Below, in pieces: positions 54,820 through 64,000 of a DNA stretch of 64,000 bases (positions are counted from its first letter, which is position 1; each line of letters begins with the position of its first letter). Position numbers and translations under genes: made by a program. Under the pieces are notes generated by a model. It made no database searches, was not told the DNA's origin, and saw nothing but the letters and a program-made list of their open reading frames with translations. Origin of the DNA: the human T2T-CHM13v2.0 reference genome, Homo sapiens; the NCBI RefSeq assembly GCF_009914755.1, contig NC_060933.1; one strand, given 5' to 3'.

Positions 54820-55369
54820 CAAACTCCTAGAAATTTCTACTTTTGGACGTTTATTCACATGTAGTCAAATATTGTTAATATAGTCTCTATATCCTTAAAT
54901 GAACTAATTGATTGACTCATGAGTATTAAAGATAACTAAATTAGAGTAAAACCAGTTTCTAACTCATCAGAATACTCTCCACCTCCTCCACCTTTCTTGT
55001 CAGTATTCCACTTTTAAAGAGCCCAGTGACAAAAAAATGATTAGCCTATGCCAGGAATTTAATTAAAAAATTAACTCATTGATCAGAATAGGTTTGTTGT
55101 CATCTTGTACTTCTCTATGTACAGATACGGGCCTATATAACATAATTTATTGTTCACAATTGCCTTCAGTTGAGTTTACCAGGGTAGAGACTCTGATATT
55201 CTAAGATTTGTGTGCAAGAGTTTTATTGGGTACTGCTCTCAGGATCAACACCTGTTGTAAAGTCAGGATCAACACCTGAGTAAAGTCCAATCCCTCACTG
55301 TGACCGACAGACCCTACAAGATCTGGCTCTGGACCACTTCTTGATGTTACCCCTAGCCTCTCAAACCTG

Positions 55370-55765
55370 TCCACCCCTGCTTTCTGCTCCTTAAGCATGT
55401 TGAGCACCTCAGGGCCTTTGCACATACTGTTCCCTGCCCTGGACCATGCTTATCTCTAGATAACCATATGGCATGCTGCCCCTTTCCATCCTATGTCTGT
55501 TCAGATGTCACCTCTGCTGAGAGGCTATTTTGACCAGCCTTTCTAAAGTAACTCCATCCTATAGTTTCTTCATCTTTACAACACTTAATCACTACCTGAC
55601 AATATTAATATATATTTCTTTTCAGTTTTTTGTCTGTCCTTCTATAAAGGAAAATCCATGAAGTCAGGGCCTGATATGTTTGGTCAATGATATGTAACAC
55701 CCCTAAAATAGGTGTTACAGGGCCTGACACACAATGGAAATTCAGTAGTAAGTGGTGAATTAATA
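55370..55765 (+). mobile_element. L2 3' fragment
   Basis: CCTCAGGGCCTTTGCACATACTGTTCCCT, CAGATGTCACCTCT, GGGCCTGACACACAATGG. Confidence 0.75.
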
Positions 55766-56508
55766 AACTAATTCATTCAAATAAATTTTCTGATGAATTT
55801 ACTGAAATGGAAGAGGTTAATTTTAGGCAGAATTGAAGAAGGTTAATAATGAGCTTCAGATAACCAGATAATTTTAATTGGTATATCACAACCTCACCAA
55901 CCAGTCTTTTGAAGGAACTGTTACTGTGATAATTTGCATCAACTTGTAATGAATATTGACTAAGTTAGTTTACCTGTAGTGAATCATCTGCATTTTCCAT
56001 TTGGGATAGTTTCATGTTTCAACAGGTTTTATGCCTCTGTCACGTTAACCAGGTCCAAGAGGGAGAAATAGCTGTGACGAGCTGGCAGGTGTTAAGTATA
56101 AACCACAGCTAATTCCTCTTAAAGGCTTAATTTACATTCCAAATAGAATGCATCTGTTTTTCAGATTCTAATTATTTTAATGTTGTTTTTGCAAAGGGTG
56201 ATTTCCATAACTTGAATATTTGAAAAATTCAAATTGTAACTATGTAGAACTGAACCAATATAGAATGAAAGGAAACCCAATGCGTTCGTTTGTGAGGCAT
56301 TGCCCTCAGGAGATATATATAGCTAGAATTTGCACTGCCCTTATTTTAAAAATGTCCAGAACCTCTAGGCTCCTACTGTTTCCCTGGCTCACTCATAAAA
56401 AGCTGCCTAGCAGTCTACTTTTTGCCCTTGTAGTAATGCCTAATTTTCTTTGAACTAAATGCTTTATGCTTATCTCTTTTAATTGTAACCACCTGAAGTA
56501 GAAGAGGG

Positions 56509-56817
56509 TTTTTTTTTTTGTTTTTTGTTTTTTTTTTTTGTTTTTTTTTTGAGATGGAGTCTCACTCTGTCATCCAGGCTGAAGTGCAGTGGTGCGATCA
56601 CAGCTCACTGCAACATCCGCCTCCCAGGTTCAAGCCTGGGAGTAGCTGGGATTACAGGCATGCGCCACCACGCCTAGCTATCTTTTTTTGTATTTTTAGT
56701 AGAGACAGGGTTTCACCATGTTGCCCAGGGTGGTCTCGAACTCCTGAGCTCAGGCAATATACCCGCCTTGGCCCCCCAAAGTGCTAGGATTACAGGCGTG
56801 AACCACCTCACCTGGCC
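56509..56817 (-). mobile_element. AluJb-like SINE with small internal deletion
   Basis: T-rich tail, GCGATCACAGCTCACTGCA and CTCCTGAGCTCAGG; TSD TAGAAGAGGGT / TAGAAGATAGT. Confidence 0.92.
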
Positions 56818-56958
56818 TAGAAGATAGTATTGATCCCATTTTATAGAAGAGGAAACTGAAGTGCACAGATCAAAGCCACACAGTGAATGAACAGGAAAGT
56901 GGGACTCTAAGGCCCCTCCCTAATGTGCACTGTGTACTACCTCCAATCAAGAGCCTTC

Positions 56959-57399
56959 TGTATGACAGACACACCTGACAGCAATAACATAACTTAGGCA
57001 CACTCTGAGAATGACCCTATGGTCTAAGAAGAATGTGTGTTTGTAGCTGTAAGCTAAGGAATCCAGAAGTAGCCAACATGGAGATTCATTCCTTATCCCT
57101 TGGCCCATCCTGTGGAGCACAGGCTGTACAGAGGATCAAGGCTCTTTGTTTTGGGTTAAGTGAAGGTTAATGGGTAGAGGTTCCTAGGAGGAGGGTGTTA
57201 AGTGAAAACACTATATAAACTGCATGCTTTATACAAGTTGTTACAGTTCTCCTGTCTAGTCCACCACCACTGGACGGGACTGCCCTGTATGTAAGTTCCC
57301 TCAATAAACCCTATGTCTTGTTCACTGGTGCCAGGTCTTTAGCCTCTCAAACACGATGCCATTCCTATTGAATGAAGTCAACAGGGGTCCAGCATGATA
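56959..57399 (+). mobile_element. LTR47-like ERVL solo LTR
   Basis: CACCTGACAGCAATAAC...GAGAATGACCCT; TATATAAA at 57212-57219, AATAAA at 57303-57308; TSD CCTTC/CCTGC. Confidence 0.75.
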
Positions 57400-58231
57400 C
57401 CTGCCAGTCTTGAATTCTTTTTACACCATTTTGCAGCCATCCCCCTCCCCCATTCCATCCTTGAGTTCTAACTCCAAGGACACACAGTAGCTGCTCAATG
57501 AGCTTTGGTTGTGTTGTCAGTTAATCATTAACAAAATGACCCTCCAGCTCCCTTTTAGAGTATCACCAAAAAGTGTTTTATGAATACACCATTTGCAAAC
57601 GTTATCATGAATCTGGGCTGGATTCAGAGCCTAAAGGAGGGTAGAGTGCCCGCCTGGCTACCTGCAGGGCACTCACCTGAGCTCTTCAGGAATGATTTCA
57701 CATGTTTTTGCCAATTCTAGAGCCATTGAAGTCCACAGCAGGTTTTTTTTTTATCCCAGCAGTCCCTAGCCTACCTGATATTCTGACAAGCAATTTGATT
57801 TATCTCTTGGCTTTTATGTGGCTCTATCTGGAGTAAAAGTGGCAAGGTATTTGAAAGTAAGTTAGAGTGTACGGTTGCTTTTCTTGAGCATGGGAGAACC
57901 ACTGGAACTGATTTTTTAATTAAAAAATTAAAAAAGGCTGGCCAAGGAGGTAAAGGGCTCAAACAGCCTGGCTTTGGGAAACTTGATTCCTGCTTTCAGC
58001 TTGATGGAGTCTCTCCTGAGCATTTCAGACTGTACAGCTGTCCACAGTTTGGAGGTAAAAAATGCCATCACCCTCTTAACCAAGCTTCTCTTTGTCAGAA
58101 ATTCGGTTTCCAGTCCTCAATGACTTTGTATTTCTGTCTCCACAGCCTTTTTGATATTTCATTAACACACATGAAAATCCTTCTGAATGATGTTCCTGTG
58201 CTTTGTAAAAACGCATCTAGCATCCCACAGG

Positions 58232-59005
58232 TGATATAGACAGGAGACAGGGAGATACTGAGTAGAAGAGGGTGGTTTCCTGGCAAGAACCCCACCCTCA
58301 AGCCTGAAGAACCTTGGCCCTAAATGAGGACAGGCATTCCTGTTTTTGCACTCAAGAAGTTGCCTTTCGGCCTGCTACGTTCCCTATCCTGCACCCATAT
58401 AAACCTCAAACCCCAGGCTCCAGGAGCAGACCAGCAGATGAAGAGAAGCAGAGGGACGGCAGAAGGACACAGCAGGGAGACAGGAAGAGGAACGTTCAGC
58501 TGGGGGTGGTTGGAAAGGAGTTTGGCAGCTGGACAGCCCAACTCCAGGGGAAGATCATCTTCCCACTCCATCCCCCACTTCCGCTTTCCCATCCATCCCG
58601 CCAAGAGCCACCTCCACCACTCGACGAAACCCTGCGTTGATCCTTCAAGCCCGTGTGTGACCCGATACTCCCGGGATGCTGGATAAGAACTCGGGATACA
58701 GAAAGATTTCACACTGGCCCTCTGACCTTGCAAAAAGGCAGAGGGTCCATAGAGCTGGTTAACACTTAAAGCCATCTGTGGACAGCAAGGCTAAGACAGC
58801 ATTGTAGCACTGGGATTGCAGGCGCCCACCTCGAGACCCTACCATGGGGCTGGAGCCCAAAGTGCTCGCCCCAGCTCTGCATCTGCCCTTCTGCGTGCTC
58901 CCTTTCCCGCAAGGGGTTTGAGAAGCAGCAGGACGGTGACCTGTCAGTCACTCCACACCCCTGTCACAAGTACTGAGAGGGGGAACCGGGAACTCTCCCA
59001 TTTCA
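58232..59005 (+). mobile_element. LTR1/LTR27-family ERV1 solo LTR
   Basis: TGATATAGACAGGAGACAGGGAGATACTG start, GGGAACTCTCCCATTTCA end, 774 bp, perfect TSD CAGG (58228-58231 / 59006-59009). Confidence 0.85.
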
Positions 59006-60109
59006 CAGGGACTCTAACTTACTTCCTCATCACTAAGTTTAGAGTTGCTCCACACTTGCTTTTTTCTTCTATGGGTATAGGGGAGTTGGAGTTGCTAAAA
59101 TGTGCTGCAACCCATGTTTTCCCTTTAGCCTGGAGTACTCTTGCTTGATCCCTTCCCTCATCCTACTCTCACCCTACAGTCACACTCCCAAAAGTTTGCC
59201 CGGATATGGCTTACTTACTGTACCCATTCTTCATGTTACCTCCTCAAAGCCTTCTTTGAAACTTTCCACCTTCAAGATCAGGTATCCTGTAGTACTGATA
59301 TATATGTAGTTGGTGCTAAATAAATGTGATTGGGTGGATTAACGAATACATGGACAGTTGGATGGAGACCAAGCAAGGTGGTGTAATCCCATTCTGTGAA
59401 AATTTTAAAAAATAAGAAATTGAACTCACAAAGGGACAACAAATATTTTGGTTTCCAGGGAAGATAAAAGAACATTCTATATGTATTGTGATTACTTTTT
59501 TCCAGGGACTCTTTAATTCCTAACTTCCTAGCAAGGAGTGACCAAGACAGCTTTTTGAGCTATCATCTGGCTCTATGACTGTGGTGTGAGGAGGGTTTGC
59601 ACTTGGTGCCAACACAGAGAAATCACCCTGTTTAGAGTAGAGGGGATGAAGGACGGGGGGAGAAATCACATCCCCTGAACTCTCAGCTATGGAAAGGCCT
59701 GGCTCTTGGCACAGTTACCGGGTATTACCAGGTACCAATGTCTGTCTTGGATGACTCCAATACTCTCTCCCTCTACTCTTCCCTTGTCCCTCACTCCCTG
59801 ACCCTCGCCTCTCTGGGCATCAGCAGAGGGAAGCAGGGGCCTCTGCCATCCCATCAGCCTGTACCTTCCTGCCAGACAGCCTTGGAGATGATTGTCACTG
59901 CAGTGGCATCTGGGGAACCCTGCTTTCCTCTGTCTTGGCTCATAATTTTTCAGAGCAGGAGGAGCAGCCACTCTAAGCAGCTCTGCACTGCTGTGCTTGG
60001 ATGCTCACAGTTCAGACACGTCATCTCCCTCCTCAGCAGAGAACAAGCTCACATAGCTGCTGCACAAATTTATGGCTCAGCCTGAACATCCATTAGCTAT
60101 GCTTCCCTT

Positions 60110-60730
60110 TTATTTTTTAAAAATGTTAATTATACAAATAATACATGAACACATTTTAGTTGTAAAATTTAAAATCTAAGCATAAAAGTAAAGCTAAAGT
60201 CTACTTTGACCATACGCTTTCTAGACCATACCCCTTTCTAGAGGTAACTGTTGTTACCTTCTTTTGTGCATTTAGGCTCTTATACAGAAATACAGAAAAA
60301 ATGGTTTTCATATTTAAAAAATTTAAAAATCATGTTATATATAGTGTTCAGTAAATTGTTTTCTTATTTCACTAATATTTCTTTTCCTATTAATATATAC
60401 AGATTAACCTCATTCTTCCTAACTGTTGCATACGGAATGGCTATGGATATAGTAGCATTTATTAACCCATTCCTTATTCATAGATAGACTCATTAGAGTT
60501 TTTTTTTTCCCACTAGAGACAACACAGCTACGAAGATCCTTGTGAACTCTAGTTTGTGCATGAGTGGTTCCCTGAAACAGCATGGTAGGCACATATGAAA
60601 TTTTAATGCATACCAGCAATTGTCCTTTAAAAGCGCTAAAGCAATTTACATTCCACCAGCAAGATATTTAAGGACAATTTAATACATCCTAAGTAACACT
60701 TGATTATTTCATATATTAAATTCTTCATAT
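60110..60730 (-). mobile_element. L1ME-like 3' fragment
   Basis: AGAGGTAACTGTTGTTA, CTCATTCTTCCTAACTGTTGCATA, CAATTTACATTCCACCAGCAA. Confidence 0.7.
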
Positions 60731-63700
60731 TTGGTATACCTTTATTATTATTATTCATTTAATCATTCATTGGCTTATTCAACAAACGTGTATTGAGTTT
60801 CAGATATGTTTCACCCACCAGGCAACAGAGTTGTAAAGCTAGCAGCTCTGCAAACAGCACCTGCATGATGATTTCAGTGTCAGGAAAGCCTCTACACCAG
60901 AGCAGCCCCCTTCTTCTGCTTGCTGTAAGTGTCTTTAGCAGGGGATCTCAGATCCCCTTGCCCAGTGAGCCATTAGGCTGTCAGTGCAAACCTGCTCATG
61001 GGAAGTCACATTCACTGGAGTCACTCACACCACGCTAGAGGCCCCATGGGCTCATTCCTGAGAGAGGGCTGTGTTGGAGGAGTTAGGAAAGGAGGAGGGA
61101 AAGCTGCCAATTGTAGGCAGGGGTGAAGATGGGAGATCTTGTCTACTTCAAAGCTCCTCCTTGAATCAGCAGGTTGCTACTATATGTGTGGTGGCACATT
61201 AGTGTGTTTTTTCTTACATTTTAAAGATAATTTACATGGACTGTTATAAAGGGTCTAGTATAATAATGAGGATGATGATGAAAATAATAATGTTTCATTG
61301 ACTCTTAACACTCTATTGATTGTGACATGAGCCATTATTTTGTGAGCCACTGAGAAAAAAGTCCGGAAGAGAAGCAGATAATCACCTCTTGCAAACCAGT
61401 GAAAGCTGACCCTAGAACAACACTAGATAGATTTCATTATTATTACCATTTTAGAGATAAGATAACTGAGGTTTAGAAAGATTAGATAATTTGTGCAGGA
61501 CTATATAGCTAGTAAATAGCAAAACTTGCCACTTCACCACTGCATCCTTACAAAACCCTCACTAATAGGGGCATGAGTAGTATGGATGAAGGACTTGGAA
61601 TCATTCTTACAACAGCCTGCTCTGATGAGCAGTCAACTTCAGCTGACTCCTAAATCCCACTGCTGGATCATTCTTGGGGATTACGGGAACAACTGAGTTC
61701 TGTTCTCATATAGTCCCCGCCCTTTTCCCTCTGTGGATATATTTGTTCCTTCTTAATTCAACACAACAAACATTTATTGAGCACTTACTGTATGCAAAAC
61801 ATTGTCCTAGGCACCATCCTCTTGGCTTCCAAAGGACATGGGAAGGCACCACTCTAACTTCCCAGTGGAATCCGAAGAATAACTGCCTACTAAATATTAG
61901 AACTACCTAGAAAAACACATGAAATCATCTCTGAAAATTTTGAAAAATAAATCAGGATTCTATTAGTGTTGAGATAGAATAATAGAACATTTTTAGCTAA
62001 GAAAGAAAATTAAAACCTGCTTCTACCATATACCCTCCTCCTTCCTCCTAAATACTTTAATTAAGCTCTCCATGAGAGGTCACCAGGATGAAGACATAGC
62101 AGCTCTGACTTTTCTCATTATCCATCTCCTAGAGACTAGATGTGATTAGACTGACTGAATCTTTTGAGCCCAGGGAAGCATCGTGAAATTTGTGGTGTCC
62201 CTGAAAAGATATATCTGAAAAGATATTATCATTAGTTGTGCAAATATCCCAAATAAGGGAGCACTATAGAGAATTTAAACTTTGCAAGTTCACTGATGGA
62301 TAAAAATTCTGTATGTGTGCATCTGTCACTTCTTGGATATCTGACTCTGCTTCCAAAGAGTAGATTATATCCAGATGGGCTTCTGTCACCTGGCTACAGC
62401 AACAGCATGCAACATTTTAAATTTATTTATTTGCAGCCATACCCTGTGTTCTTTTGTTTTCCCTGGCTACTTCCCGCATAGCCCAGAGGCAGGTGTTACA
62501 ATCCCAGTGGCCTGATCCTCTTGTAAGAACACCACCAGCACACCAGGGCATGACTGCCTAGGCTGCTGCCAGATGGGGAGATCTTGAATGGAAATAGTCA
62601 CACATTGAAATGGTGCCAAGTAGCAGGCAGTCTTGCAAAACCAACATGGCTTTGGAGACACAATACCTCTGATGAGTGAGAGGCGTGGTGGTATTTGTGG
62701 AAACCCAGCTGTTGCAGACGGTGGCATTAACTTGCCCAGCTTTGGCGACAGTTGTCTGAGTTTGGGATCACTGAACCTTAATATAGAATTTTTTCTGGCC
62801 CTAGTATTATCTGCGGGTAAACCGTAGCCTTGGGTCTCAGCTGCAGCTGTATACAATATTTCTAAAGACAGACTTTTCCAGTTCGACTAGCGAGAATGTA
62901 TTAAATCACATGGCCATGTGTTCACTTCTAAACTGGAAATTCAACTTTAGTTGGGAACTGGCCTAGCAGGAGAACAAAGGCCATATAAAAGTTTCAAGGA
63001 AGAGGAAATTGTTCTCTTACATGACTGTGGACCTACTAAATGAAGCAATATTGCAAGATTCAGCTAGGAGGTTGAGTGAAAACAGAAGCCTTGGGCTGCC
63101 TTCTGGCCACTTTGAACAAAGAGACATAAAGCATGTTTAGGAGGAAGGAGTGTGGATTGAGCTTTGATCTTCTGGACACTGTTAAACCCACTCTTACATC
63201 CAAACATAAGAAGGGCTGATTATCTGTTAACTTTCTCTAGTTTCCTTCCTCGTTCCATCTTCTCAGTGGGAAAATGAGTGGGTTTATTCTCAACTCCCTT
63301 TCAGCCTCATGACTTTACAAATGATTTATTGGATGCCTGTCCTTGTGCCCAGCCATGTACCAGGAGGACTGAGTGATATAAAGGACTTCTATTTTTGAGA
63401 AGTTGAACAATGAAATATGCACTCACTGTACAGCACCAGTAATAAAAGTGAGGGAGAGAGGGGGAGGCTCACTTAAGTGTGGTCTAGTTTTCTCGCTGTA
63501 ATGATGGCAGGCTCTGATCAGCCTCTTTTTCTTCTCTCTTTAATTCCTCTGTTCTTTCTTTCTATGAGACAGGAGCAAGAATTAAATGAATGACGTGAGG
63601 TAGGATCTAGAGAACTCCAGAAAATTGAATTGTCTGAGCTGTAGTGGCTTGACTGGCTGGCTGAGATAATCAGTCCTCCAAATTGGTCCTGCAATCTTAA

Positions 63701-64000
63701 GCTAGGCATTGGTAGACTGTGCCAAACCCACACATGGTTTTCACTGATCTCTCTATTTGTTCTCAGTTTCCACCTACCTCCCAACTCCTAAGCCTTTTCC
63801 CCCAGATGTCCATGCCCCAGGCTCTTTAAAATTACTGTTTAGCTGCCATTTACCAAGCTCTGAAATGTCCCATGTGCTATGTGGGTGCTCCATGATGTTC
63901 CAAGGGAGCAGTGTTGTAATCCATTTCAAAGGTGAGAAATACATTCTGCCTGAATATCCAGTAGGTGCTGGAGTTTTAATGCAAACTTGGAATTGCCCAT

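Noticed and set aside
55693-55719. 9-bp inverted repeat TGTAACACC/GGTGTTACA
   Set aside because: Inside an L2 fragment; too short for a miRNA hairpin and plausible by chance
58314-59148. Cluster of 108-151-aa ORFs
   Set aside because: Lie within or start in a GC-rich solo LTR

Overview
Catarrhine-primate (human-like) nuclear DNA, repeat-rich, with no supportable protein-coding gene. The long ORFs in the track are Alu-derived or degenerate retroviral reading frames. Main landmarks: (1) a CpG-rich promoter-like island at about 11.65-13.3 kb with splice-site-like signals but no coding ORF; (2) a 5.8-kb HERV-H provirus (46149-51963, + strand, GTCAC target-site duplication, tRNA-His PBS, degenerate gag/pro/pol, env largely absent) whose two LTR7 copies differ in structure (402 vs 508 bp); (3) a full-length HERV-W LTR17 solo LTR (34701-35466, - strand); (4) further solo LTRs (THE1B, MLT1s, MER21-, LTR16-, MER4E-, LTR47- and LTR1/27-like), 13 Alus or Alu fragments, old L1/L2/MIR pieces and MER5-type DNA transposons. 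Repeat-free stretches rich in homeodomain/FOX motifs suggest a regulatory gene-desert or lncRNA locus. I cannot name the locus from sequence alone, and I see no evidence of a new protein-based system. The best leads are regulatory or lncRNA-type. Repeat subfamily calls are from memory of consensus sequences, not from a database search.
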